Positions 12,194 through 23,109 of a stretch of 64,000 nt of DNA are shown here, piece by piece (position 1 is the stretch's first letter; every line of letters starts with the position of its first letter). The notes beneath the pieces were generated by a model. The model was not told the DNA's origin. It made no database searches and was given only the letters and a program-made list of their open reading frames with translations. The translations under genes and the position numbers were made by a program. Origin of the DNA: Octopus vulgaris (taxonomy: Eukaryota); NCBI GenBank assembly GCA_951406725.2, contig OX597821.1, forward strand, positions 83,142,001 to 83,206,000, in the 5' to 3' direction.

Positions 12194-12485
12194 TATTCTG
12201 TTGTGTCTGGGGAGAGCCATTTTCTTTTTGTGCCATAAAATGTACTACACACACCGGTAAAATTTCCACTTATTTCTTATTTTTATTTTCCTAAAATTTT
12301 TGTTGCGTCTTGCAACCTTTTCAAGAGTCTTGACTTTTTCAATTGTCTTGATTATTGAAAATGTTGCAAGACGCAACGAAAATTTTAGGAAAATGAAAAT
12401 AAGAAATAAGTGGAAATTTTACCGGTGAATGTGTTACATTATAAGGCAGAAAAAGAAAATGGCTCTCCCCAGACACAACAGAATA
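12194..12485. mobile_element. Palindromic MITE / foldback element
   Basis: ~130-bp inverted arms: tattctgttgtgtctggggagagccattttc.. versus ..gaaaatggctctccccagacacaacagaata; short spacer; TA-rich flanks. Confidence 0.85.
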
Positions 12486-12656
12486 TGCTTCAACACACGA
12501 ATTCATATAAAGAATCTTGCAAACCAAATCCAAAAACGATATATATATATATATATTGGCCTGCTCGCTTAGCCAGCGGGGTGGCGTCATTCGAAGGCTA
12601 AAGCAATGTGACCAACAATGTGTAGCAACATCTGATGGTCTGGTCGGTCACGTGAT

Positions 12657-12711
<55 letters not shown>

Positions 12712-12849
12712 TATATATGCGGTTGGGTGTAACCCTCATGATTGCGAAATCATGGTTTCGACTTTTAGTGCTATGAGTGAGTCATGTGTGTATGCGTGTA
12801 TGTGTGTGTATGTGTGTGTTGCTATATCTTGGAGGGATCGTTTTGCCAA

Positions 12850-13480
12850 ATGCAAACACCAATTCGAAACACACGCACAAATACACTCACTCGCTCAGAC
12901 TCACATACACAGGTACATTTACACACACACACACACACACACACGCATATACATGCACACACACACACAAATATACGCAGACGTGCATACACACACGGAC
13001 TTACACACATGCACATACACACAGACGCACACATACACACACACGTAAATACACTCGCACATACACACACGCACGCACACACACCACACACACAACATAC
13101 ATATACACATATAAACAGTTAATACCACACACAACACACTCGCATGCACACACACACACACACATGCTACTACACACACGCGCACATACACACATATACC
13201 TCATTCTCTCTTACACTCTCCTGTCTTCGAAAGAACTTTTTTTTTCGTCCATTCTCTTCCGGTCATTCCAAAATGTAACTACAAATGTCTATTGTTTTTC
13301 CCTCCGTCTTGCTTTTCTCTTGGACATTCCTCTGACCCCTGTTTCTGAAGAAGAGCTTTGCTCGAAACATAAAACACCCTTTCTTTCCTTCCCAGAACGC
13401 CTCTTAATACTTTGCATGTTCCAAGTACTCGGGTTGTTCTTTTTCTTGTTTTTTCATCGTTTTTTTTTGGCGGGGTATTA
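12850..13480 (+). mobile_element. Solo Penelope-type terminal repeat: degenerate (CA)n array + ttccggtcat motif + hammerhead motif
   Basis: Non-array part is similar to 21050-21260 and 23110-23400 on the minus strand (ctcttccggtcat.., tttctga.gaagagctttgctcgaaacataaaaca). Confidence 0.7.
13340..13376 (+). ncRNA. Minimal type I hammerhead ribozyme motif (Penelope-type)
   Basis: uguuu-CUGAAGA-a-GAGC-uuu-GCUC-GAAA-cau-a-aaaca; stem I uguuu/aaaca. Confidence 0.65.
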
Positions 13481-13730
13481 ACTATATATATATATATATA
13501 TATATAATATAAATTATATATAATATATATATATAATATAAATATATGCATATGTACATACATATATGTACATACCTACATCTATATGTATATATACATG
13601 CAAATACCCATATATGCATGTATATATACATATAGATGTAGGTATGTACATATATGTATGTACATGTGCATATATTTATATAATATTTGTATTATTATAT
13701 GATCGAACGCCACACATCCTTTTCCAAGTA

Positions 13731-13802
<72 letters not shown>

Positions 13803-13818
13803 TAATATAAATAATGTG

Positions 13819-14001
13819 TAGGAGTGACTGTGTGGTAAGTAGCTTGTTTACCAACCACATGGTTCCGGGTTCAGTCCCACTGCGTGGCACCTTGGGCAAG
13901 CGTCTTCTACTATAGCCTCGGGCCGACCAATGGTGGTGAGTGGATTCGGTAGACGGAAACTGAAAGAAGCCCGTCGTATATATGTATATATATTTATATA
14001 T

Positions 14002-14064
<63 letters not shown>

Positions 14065-14296
14065 TGTGTTTATCAGTGTGTGTGTGTGTGTGTCCCTAGC
14101 ATTGCTTCACAACCGATGCTGGTGTATTTATGTCCCCGTTACTTAGCGATTCGGCAAAAGAGTCCGATAGAATAAGTACTGGGCTTACAAAAAGAATAAG
14201 TCCCGGGCTCGAGTTGCTCGATTAAAGGCGTTGCTCCAGCATGGCCGCAGTCAAATGACTGAAACAAGTAAAAGAGAGAAAAGAGAAAGAGAGAGT
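13819..14296 (+). mobile_element. SINE family 1, full length
   Basis: Head, internal (TA)n(TG)n and tail ..ccagcatggccgcagtcaaatgactgaaacaagtaaaaga. Confidence 0.9.
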
Positions 14297-14575
14297 ATGC
14301 ATATATTATATATATATATGCATAGATGCATATATGCAATTCAGTGCATACACGGACTTTGTCAGTAGTCAGCTGACGTCTTATCAACAGGATTTAACAA
14401 AGCAAACACATTCCTCTGAATAAGAATCTACTCGTAAACAGAAACAGGAACTAAAACAGATTTCTGGCCAGTCACTGCCAACGCCGCCGCCAACACCACC
14501 ATTGCCGCCACCACCACCATTGCCGCCACCACCACCACCACCACTACAGCTAATCTCTTATCAGTGTCTTATTTC

Positions 14576-14612
<37 letters not shown>

Positions 14613-14799
14613 CTAAAGTCTGGCTTGCAGTCATTTACAGCATTAGCGGTGGGTACATTAATTGAAAAAAAAAAAATCTAGCTTTCATTATTTCGATGCA
14701 GATTTTTGGTCGTGACAGGATTTTGAGCTTGTAATGATATCCTTGTAAGCATGCAGTCTTGATACTTGTTTGCTGTTTAGCAATTGGTTTTAGGCGGAG

Positions 14800-15218
14800 C
14801 TATCTTTTATCTTTCACTTGTTTCAGTCATTAGATTGCGACCATACTGGTGCACCAGCTCGGAGAACTTTAGTGGCATGAATCGACCCCAGAACTATTTT
14901 TTTAAAGCCTGGTACTTATTCTATTGCTCTCTTTTTTGCCGAACCGATAAGTTATGGGGACATAAACACAGCAGTATCGGTTGTCAAGCGGTTGGGGGGG
15001 GGGAGAAACACACGCACACACATACACATACACACACACACACATGCACATATATGACGGGCTTCTTTCAGTTTCCTTCTACCAAATCCATTCACAAGGC
15101 TTTGGTCGGCCCGAGGCAACAGTAGAAAGCACTTGCCCAAGGTGGCGCGCAGTGGGATCAGACCCGGAACCATGTGGTTGGGAAGCAAATTTCTTACCAC
15201 TCAGCTACTCCTGCGCCT
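14800..15218 (-). mobile_element. SINE family 1, full length
   Basis: Reverse complement of the same consensus. Confidence 0.85.
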
Positions 15219-16096
15219 ACAATGAAAGATGTTCCAACCAGGGCCAACCTGTCTTTTTTTATGCATCTCGGAATGTTACAGCTGTTGGTGATGATGTAGT
15301 TTGTGACAGTGTGGTTAGTAGGTGCTGGTTGCTTCCCAACCACATGGTTCTGGGTTCAGTACCACTGCGTGGCACCTTGGACAAGTATCTTTTGCTCTAG
15401 CCACGAGCCGACAAAGCAGTATGAATGAATTTGGTAAATGGAAACTGAAATGAGCCTGTATGTATGCATACATGCATGCATGTTAGCATACATATTTTGA
15501 GAACCGATGGAGTCAAAATATGTAAGGATGTGTTCTAGTGAGGATGTATTCAACTGAGGTTGTGTTGTAGTGAGGATGTCTTGTGGTGACACATTATTAT
15601 CTCTTTCAAGCGCACAAAGACACAACCATTGCTTATATCAATGAAACCACGATGAATCTCACCTTCGCTAGTCTTAAACACACGAAATTAAAACGACTGA
15701 ATTTGCAACAAATGATAGTACTCATAAGCTCTGGTAAGTTTTCCTTTCGGCGACCCCACATGCAGAACCTAGCTAAAAACTAACCCTTTTCTTTAAAGCC
15801 ACAAAGTACTTCAATTTCCACCAACTACTGACACTATAAATCTCATGTAAGACTCATAATACAATTCTGTCCCCTCATCCTAGATGAAAAAATCAGCCAC
15901 ACAAGAATCCAAAGAGGCCTTTTAATTGATTGGCAAAGACTCACTCATCAACACACATCATCTATAACCCCAGGCAGTCTCTCTTCTTTTCACCTACTAT
16001 GCCACTTCATTAACAGTCTCTCTTTCTCTTAACAAGCTCTTAACTGTAATCCAGCCAACATACCCATCTTTTTTCCTCTAGTCCCCTTTCACTCAA

Positions 16097-17250
16097 CCGG
16101 ATTCTTATGATTTTGATGACGGAGATTCCGAATATGCAAAATACCACGTTTTCAAAATTTTTAATTTTAAACTTTTCTCCGAATTTTTTTTTCAATCTAC
16201 GTCGTTAAAATTACGGAGATTAAGAATATGGGGGAAAAAAAATTTAATTTCAAATTTTTTATGAAAATCTCCAAAATTGATCCACACCCCATCCCGCTAT
16301 CTCAAAACGAAAATGAACGGCTGTTTTGCCCGTTTCCGCATACGTAGATTTATAGTGAAACAACAAAAGGACCACGGCATATGAAGCACTCACCACGAAA
16401 CTAGAAATGCTAAAAATAACAGCTAAATGTCTGAAGAATTTTTGTGCTTGTGTGTGCACGCGCAACAATTTCTACAGCTTATCCGAAGAACAGAAAAATA
16501 AGTACTCTTTTACTCTTTTACTTGTTTCAGTCATTTGACTGCGGCCATGCTGGAGCACCGCCTTTAGTCGAGCAAATCGACCCCGGGACTTATTCTTTAT
16601 AAGCCCAGTACTTATTCTATCGGTCTCTTTTGCCGAACCGCTAAGTGACGGGGACATAAACACACCAGCATCGGTTGTCAAGCAATGCTAGGGGGACAAA
16701 CACAGACACACAAACACACACATGCATATATATATATATACATATATACGACAGGCTTCTTTCAGTTTCCGTCTACCAAATCCACTCACAAGGCATTGGT
16801 CGGTCCGGGGCTATAGCAGAAGACACTTGCCCAAGATGCCACACAAAATATATTTTACATACCTGTCATATACGTCGGTTTTGATTTTTCGCTTTAAAGG
16901 TAAACAATTCTGATAAAAGCAATTACTTTGTTGTCAATTCATTGGATTAATCCCAACAAAATACTACAAGTTTAGTCACTGGCTCAGCAACTACGTTTGT
17001 GTTCTTCAATTGCAGAATAATAAAAACTTAGACATACTTCCAAAATGCTGGAGTTTTTCATTAAAACTTTGAAATTAAAATTTGTTTTTTTTTTTTTCCC
17101 CATATTCTTAATCGCCGTATTTTTCCACGTAGATTGAAAAAAATTTTGAAAAAAAGTAAAAAGTTTGTGGGGAGGGGAATCAAAAATTTTGAAAACCTGG
17201 TTTTTTGTACATTCGGAATCTCTGTCGTCGAAAACATGGGAACCCGGTGA
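16097..17250. mobile_element. Foldback/MITE with ~190-bp TIRs
   Basis: 16097-16280 (ccggattc..gacggagattccgaat..caatctacgt..gattaagaatatgggg..atgaaaatctcca) is the inverted copy of 17045-17250. Confidence 0.75.
16503..16845 (-). mobile_element. SINE family 1 (5'-truncated), inserted in the foldback element
   Basis: tactcttttactcttttacttgtttcagtcatttgactgcggccatgctggagcaccgcc.. consensus tail. Confidence 0.9.
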
Positions 17251-18274
17251 AAAAAGAAAAAAAAAATCGGAAAGGTGAGTTTGGTGGGAGGGTGACAGTG
17301 CGCCAGGTCCGCCGAAATGTGTTCGTTGTCATAACAATAACAATACATCACATAATTGTAAAATAAAACATTTTGAAACTACATACACGTCAACAGCAGA
17401 AAAGCTAGCTGCGAACCCAAAGCGCTTTAGATCTCCTAAACACCAGTGCGCTGTGTGTGTGGATAAAACACCGATGTCGGGCGAAACGAATAAATATATG
17501 TAAATAATATTTGTTCCTTCTTGGTGTTGATTCTTCAATGTTTACTGGTTACTCCGACGCGAGAACCAAAAACGAAACAAAAAAAATGCGTGTAATATGC
17601 AACACAGGCAGTAAACGAAAAAGGAAATAGAACAGAGTGATGACATTTAGTAGAGATGACCCGGAAGTTGTTCCGCTTCGATTACTATCGCAAACAGCAG
17701 TAACTTTCTTCAACTGAATACACGTCATTGATTGGTTAAAATTACCCAAATACAACACATTTAAAACGAGGTAACTTCTAAAATACACAATTTTGTCAAA
17801 ATGTTCAAAGTAAACCGGGTTCTACGTGAGATTTTCTTTATTAAACCAAAAAGGTTTACACAAAAATCTAATGAGGAAGCGGATTTATTTACACTAAAAT
17901 GAACAGATGGAGTTTTTAAATGATATATGATGGGTAGGTTTCCGGGTTAATGGGTTAACCCGCCGACTGATTATCCCTTTTATAAGACTTTTCTTTCCTT
18001 TTATGCTTGGACCGGCCGCGCAAGCACGGCTCCTTGCTTTCTCATCTTTCTTACGACTTCCGACCATTTTTTCTCGAATACCCTTTGCGGCAGGTTCTTC
18101 CTCTCCAGACGGATCTTGCTGGCAAGATGGGCGGCGAAGTAGTTCACCAGCCCTCGTCCGGAGATGAATTGGCCTGTCACAACCCCTTTCATTCTCGTCT
18201 TCCATACCACATCTTTCAGTATGGTCACTACGCAGACAAAAACTACCTTCTTTTCTTTGGGGAAAGAGGAAGGT

Positions 18275-19485
18275 TAGTTAGTTAGTTAGTTAATTAGTTA
18301 GTTAATTTGGCTCAAAAGCAAATAGCAAGGCCATGTAGGGGGACATGGAGTTAAGTACAGGGTGGTGTTCATGTAAAGAGTTCAGGCCACTTGAGGTCAA
18401 GGGAGGCTTTGAACAAAGCGGTCGTCGGCATCTTCACCATCTCGTCTGGCAGCTTGTTCCACGGATCCGCAACCCGGACGGAGAAAGCTCCTCTCCTTCG
18501 ATTGAGATGAAATCGTCGCAGGTAGAGCTTTTCGGAATGACCCCGCAGCCGACGCTCTGGAGCAGGAGTGAAGAACAGCTCTTTCGAGAGGTTACACTTT
18601 CCGCTTATGATGTTGTGGGCGAGAATGAGATCACCACGGCGGCGGCGTTTTTCAAGAGAATAAAGGTCGAGCGTCCTCAGCCTTTCTTCATAGGACAAAT
18701 TTTTGAGACCATGAACCATGCGGGTAGCCAGCTTCTGGACTCTTTCGAGATGCTGTATGTCTTTGAGGAGATAAGGAGAAGAGACTTGAATCCCGTACTC
18801 CAATATGGGTCTCACCAGCGTGACATAGAGTGGTAGGAATATGGCTGCTGTGAGCATTCTGAATGACCGTCGAATCAAGAACAGAATTCCGCGTGCTTTG
18901 TTGGCAGCATGGATGCACTGGGCCGAAGGCAAAAAGGAGGAATCCACCAAGATACCCAGGTCCTTTACCTGATCGGTCCTCTCCAGCAGCAGACGACCCG
19001 GCTCGAAATCAAATTGAGTTGCAGGAGGAGAGCCAACAGGCAGATGACAGCACTTTGACACGTTCAGACACAGGTACCATTCGTTAGACCACTTCCAAAT
19101 TTGGTGGAGGCATCGACGAAGATCCTCTATGTCACTGCGAGGAGCGACCAGTTTGATATCGTCGGCAAATAGAAGGGTGTGTTGCGTGAGGTCGTCGGGC
19201 AAGTCATTTATGAAGACTAAGAACAATAAGGGCCCAAGCACTGAACCTTGAGGCACGCCACTGCTCGCACTGGAGACGTCGGACCGCGAACCATTAACTT
19301 GGACTTGGAAGGAGCGATCTGAGAGGAAGGCACCAACCCAACGTACAATATCCGGATGGAAACTATATGCTTGAAGCTTGACAAGTAATAGGCGGTGGTT
19401 TACCGAGTCAAAAGCTTTGGCAAAGTCCAATAAAACGATGTCAACAGCATCACTATCATCGAGGATGCGCGTCACCAATTCTTCC
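18275..19485 (-). mobile_element. 5'-truncated CR1-clade LINE with an (AACT)n tail
   Basis: RT ORF, short 3' UTR, terminal taactaactaattaactaactaactaac repeats, probable 5-bp TSD aaggt. Confidence 0.9.
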
Positions 19486-19487
19486 AA
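18369..19487 (-). CDS. Reverse transcriptase C-terminal part (CR1-clade LINE ORF2), open but 5'-truncated
   Basis: Motifs LDFAKAFDSVNH, SGVPQGSVLGPLLFLVFINDL, FADDIKL, KDLGILVD, LVRPILEY, LERVQKLATRMV, RRRRGDLI, FSVRVADPWNKLP. Confidence 0.92.
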   Translation of the reverse strand: MEELVTRILDDSDAVDIVLLDFAKAFDSVNHRLLLVKLQAYSFHPDIVRWVGAFLSDRSFQVQVNGSRSDVSSASSGVPQGSVLGPLLFLVFINDLPDDLTQHTLLFADDIKLVAPRSDIEDLRRCLHQIWKWSNEWYLCLNVSKCCHLPVGSPPATQFDFEPGRLLLERTDQVKDLGILVDSSFLPSAQCIHAANKARGILFLIRRSFRMLTAAIFLPLYVTLVRPILEYGIQVSSPYLLKDIQHLERVQKLATRMVHGLKNLSYEERLRTLDLYSLEKRRRRGDLILAHNIISGKCNLSKELFFTPAPERRLRGHSEKLYLRRFHLNRRRGAFSVRVADPWNKLPDEMVKMPTTALFKASLDLKWPELFT

Positions 19488-20002
19488 GGTGGTACAATCT
19501 TTATCATGAACTCGGACGAGAGCCGTACCCTTTCTGCATCCGACATCAGCTGTTCAGCAAAGGCCACGCGGGTTCTACGTGAGAAACTCCACCAGTAAAC
19601 AAAGTTTCAAACAGTTTAGTTAAAAAAAAATTAATTAAAAAATCTGTGAGCCAAATTGAATAGATCCCACTTGTGATTCGTAGGACAAGCAAAGGTTCTA
19701 ATCTCTATATTCAGGAATTAACAGCCTCAACAACAAAGGTAACACCACTTCTCATGTCACAATAACATCCTAAGGCAATATCCGTTCACTGGTAGACTAA
19801 GCATTCGTCCCTATTAGTCATTTCTCAAACACTAGCCACCATATACCTCACGGGAAGACAATAAGAAAAGACAACGAAAAATATGCACCGTCCACCTAAA
19901 CCATAAATCTGACCCGGTTTCATTTAATCTCATACCTCGAAATCTAAAAAATCTCAGAAGTGTCGGGACCTCACAAAATCACAAACATGGAGTGGTTTTC
20001 TT

Positions 20003-20138
20003 TGGCGCAAGCGTGGCTGTGTGGTAAGAAGCTTGCTTCCCACATGGTTCCGTGTGGGAAGTGTCTTCTACTATAGCCTCGGGCTGACCAAAGCCTTGTG
20101 AGTGGAATTGGTAGACGGAAACTGAAAGAAGCCCGTCG

Positions 20139-20169
<31 letters not shown>

Positions 20170-20176
20170 GTATGTA

Positions 20177-20218
<42 letters not shown>

Positions 20219-20412
20219 CCTGTGTTTGTCCCCTCACCACCGCTTGACAACCGATGTTGGTATGTTTACGTCTGCGTGGATTAGCAGTTCGGCAAAAGAG
20301 ACCGATAGGATAAGTACTAGGTTTACAAAGAATAAGTCCTGGGGTCGATTTATTCGACTAAGGGCGGCGCTCCAGCATGGCCCCTGTCAAATGCTTGAAA
20401 CAAGTAAAAGAA
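20003..20412 (+). mobile_element. SINE family 1
   Basis: ggcgcaagcgtggctgtgtggtaagaagcttgc head, internal microsatellite, consensus tail. Confidence 0.9.
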
Positions 20413-21049
20413 CAAAATCACAAACATGTACTTAGAGCCTGCAGGAATTACCGTGCGTTTACAACTACGGATCTCAACATTGTCAAATTCCCAGAATTTA
20501 GGAACTGAGCAAATTTATAACAAATCCAAATGAAAAAAAAAAAAAAAACCCAAAGAAATATTCACCATACAGAACCATCGCTTTCTTTTACAGATTTTCA
20601 GAAATTGCAAAATGACTAATACTCTTACTTGATTAATCCATCTATCCTCCACTCTCCAAATCTTTGTAGGGATTCAAACTACTTCGCTCAACCTGTACCT
20701 TACTCAAAAACCTAACGCAGGGAATACTTTATACTTCCAAAAACGACAGAAAAAAAAACCCAATCAATCTCTCCAACTAATACCATTTTAAGTGTCATCA
20801 TATTAACATCATTTCTTGCTGTCCACTCGTAACAAAAATGTTGAGCACTACATTAAGAATTAATACAATTTTGTTTTTATCCACACGACTTCCGCAAAAT
20901 AAACAAGCAGATAACATCATGCTCACGGCCGATCACAGCTGACGTATTCCGGCTTTACTTAAATCGCCTAGTAACCTGTCTCCACAACAGACTTAAAGTA
21001 ACATCTACGAAATCGACAGTCTTCCTTCATACCATAGTAACACTGGAGA

Positions 21050-22660
21050 ACATTTAAAAAAAACCAAAAAAAAACCCATCAAACTCAAAACCGTGCGTGT
21101 GTGTGTGTGTGTGCGCGCGGAACTCTTCATCAGAAATATAGAAAAGTCCAAAGAAGGGAAGACAGAGAAAGAAAATCGTCAACGATACACACGCGGTCAT
21201 ATATCGAAATGACCGGAAGAGAATGGGTGAAGAAACAGGAGAGTGCAAGAAAAGGAGGTATGTGTGGGTATGTGTGGGTATGTGTTTGTGCGCAGGTCAG
21301 GGTGTGTGTAATGATAGCACGTGTATGTGCGTATGTGTGTATGTGAGTTTGTGTGTGCGTGAGGTTGTGTGTGAGGTTTGTGTGGGGGTATATGTGCGTT
21401 CATGTGTGCGTGTACTTATGTGCGTGTGTGCGTGTATGCGCGTGTGTGTTTATGCCCATGTGTGTGTAATTGCGTGCGTGTCTGTATGTGCGTGTGTTGT
21501 GTATGTTGGAGGTATGTGTACGTACATGTGCAAGTGTGTGTATATATGTACATTTACGTGTGTATATGTGTGTGTGCATGTGTGTATGTGCATCCGTGTG
21601 TACATGTGTATATGAACGTGGAGATGTGTCGAGTTATGTGTTCGCTTTGTTTCGTGTATGTGCTTGTGTATGTAGTTGTGTGTACGTGTGTACTTTTATA
21701 TGTGCGTGTGTGTGTGTATAGGTATGAGTGTCTGTGTGTGCGTGGGGTTGTGTGGGTTAGGTATGTGTGCATTCCTTTGCCTGTGTATGTGTGTGTGACT
21801 GCGTTTGTGTACGTGTGTGTGTCCGCGTATGTATGTGTGTGTACGTAAGTGTATGTGGGTGTGTATGTGTGTATGTATGCATGTGTGTGTGCGTGCGTGT
21901 ATGCATGTGTGTGCGCGCGAGTGTGTGCGTGTGTATGTGCGCGTGTGTGTGTGTGGAAGTAGGTGTGTTGTATGTGTGTAGTGTGTGTGGGAGGTATATG
22001 TGCGTTCATGTCTGTGCACGGGTGCGTGTATTTTTTCGTGTATGTATATATGTACGTGTGTGTGTATATAGAAATATAAATATAATAAATACTAAAAAAA
22101 AATAGGTTGAAAGAGGATACAGAAGAAGTTAATACAATATAAAATGGCGCAAGTAAAAACAAAAAATGACAAAATGAAGTAAGGTTGCTTTGTTGCTGGA
22201 GGTTGTAGAGACAATCAATAGGAGGAGGGGTTGCGTTTAGTTCGAAGGGGACAGTTGTTCGTAAGATTAAAAATATAAGGCTGTTCCAGGCGGAGCCGCT
22301 AGTGTGTGGATCCGTGGTGCAGAGCGAGGCCAAAGACGGAGAGGGTGTGGTTGGCCAAGCGCACGTGACGGCCGACGGGTGTGAACCGGTCGACCAACCG
22401 GCAGCCCGTCTGACCTACATATAGTTTACCACAGAGGTTGCATCTAATACTGTATACGAGGCTAGAAGAGGTGCAAGAGAAGGAATTTGTGATGCGAAGA
22501 GTGTACCGGTTGAGAGAGGTAGTGTTGGTGATGAAGGAGCAGGTGTAGCAGCGGGATCTGGAGCATGGGAAGGTTCCGGGTGGGGCTGGGGAGGAGAGAA
22601 GAGGGTTCTACGGACCAGATGATCGGTAGGTTCTGGGCGCGTTTAAAGGAGAACCAGGGT
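21050..22660 (-). mobile_element. Penelope-like element (Neptune type) 3' part: GIY-YIG remnant + (CA)-array terminal repeat
   Basis: Coding remnant at 22240-22660, then an ~800-bp degenerate CA array, ttccggtcat and a half hammerhead motif ctgatgaagag. Confidence 0.8.
22240..22660 (-). pseudogene. Penelope/Neptune Zn-finger + GIY-YIG endonuclease remnant
   Basis: FKRAQNL..PGTFPCSRSRCYTCSFI..FSCTSSSLVYSIRCNLCGKLYVGQTGCRLVDRF..PVGRH..RLRLEQ..LRTTVPFELN, with frameshifts and a stop. Confidence 0.85.
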
Positions 22661-22670
22661 ATAATATAAC

Positions 22671-22906
22671 AAGGCGGCGAGCTGGCAGAATCGTTAGCAG
22701 ACCGGGTGAAATGCGTAGCCGTATTTCGTCTGTCGTTACGTTGTGAGTTCAAATTCCGCCGAGGTCGACTTTGCCTTTTATCCTTTCGGGGTCGATAAAT
22801 TAAGTACCAGTTACGCACTGGGGTCGATGTAATCGACTTAATCCCTTTGTCTGTCCTTGTTTGTCCCCTCTATGTTTAGCCCCTTGTGGGTAATAAAGAA
22901 ATAGGC
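22671..22906 (+). mobile_element. SINE family 2 (tail alpha), full length
   Basis: aaggcggcgagctggcagaatcgttagc..agccccttgtgggtaataaagaaatagg; flanked by ataatataa repeats. Confidence 0.9.
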
Positions 22907-22939
22907 ATAATATAATATATATATATACATACATACATA

Positions 22940-23097
22940 TATACGACGGGATTCTTTCAGTATCCGTCTACCAAATCCACTTACAAGGCTTTGGTCAGCC
23001 CGAGGCTGTAGTAGAAGGTACTTGCCCAAGGTGTCACGCAGTGGGACTGAACCCGGAACATTATGGTTGGTATGCCACGCAGCCACTCCTGTGCCTA
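22940..23097 (-). mobile_element. SINE family 1, 5' half
   Basis: Reverse complement of the head/CORE-like body. Confidence 0.85.
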
Positions 23098-23109
23098 AAT
23101 ATAATTAAT

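Larger units (their letters stand above)
17832..19568 (-). mobile_element. 5'-truncated Tx1/L1-like LINE 3' end (ORF2 C-terminus + UTR), interrupted by a CR1 element
   Basis: 16-bp TSD cgggttctacgtgaga at 17816-17831 and 19569-19584; translation ..AFAEQLMSDAERVRLSSEFMIKIVPPSSFPKE..TILKDVVWKTRMKG..LERKNLPQRVFEKKWSEVV; ends aataaagaaaa. Confidence 0.75.

Noticed and set aside
12752-13204. Long His/Thr- or Cys/Val-rich ORFs (also 21223-22105, 24766-25277, 38773-40725, 53049-53415)
   Set aside because: These are translations of CA/TG/CATA microsatellites that lack stop codons by composition; there is no evidence of real coding.
19600-21050. Possible highly decayed LINE endonuclease/RT (also 15570-15960)
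   Set aside because: A-rich strand bias is suggestive, but I could not recover unambiguous motifs.
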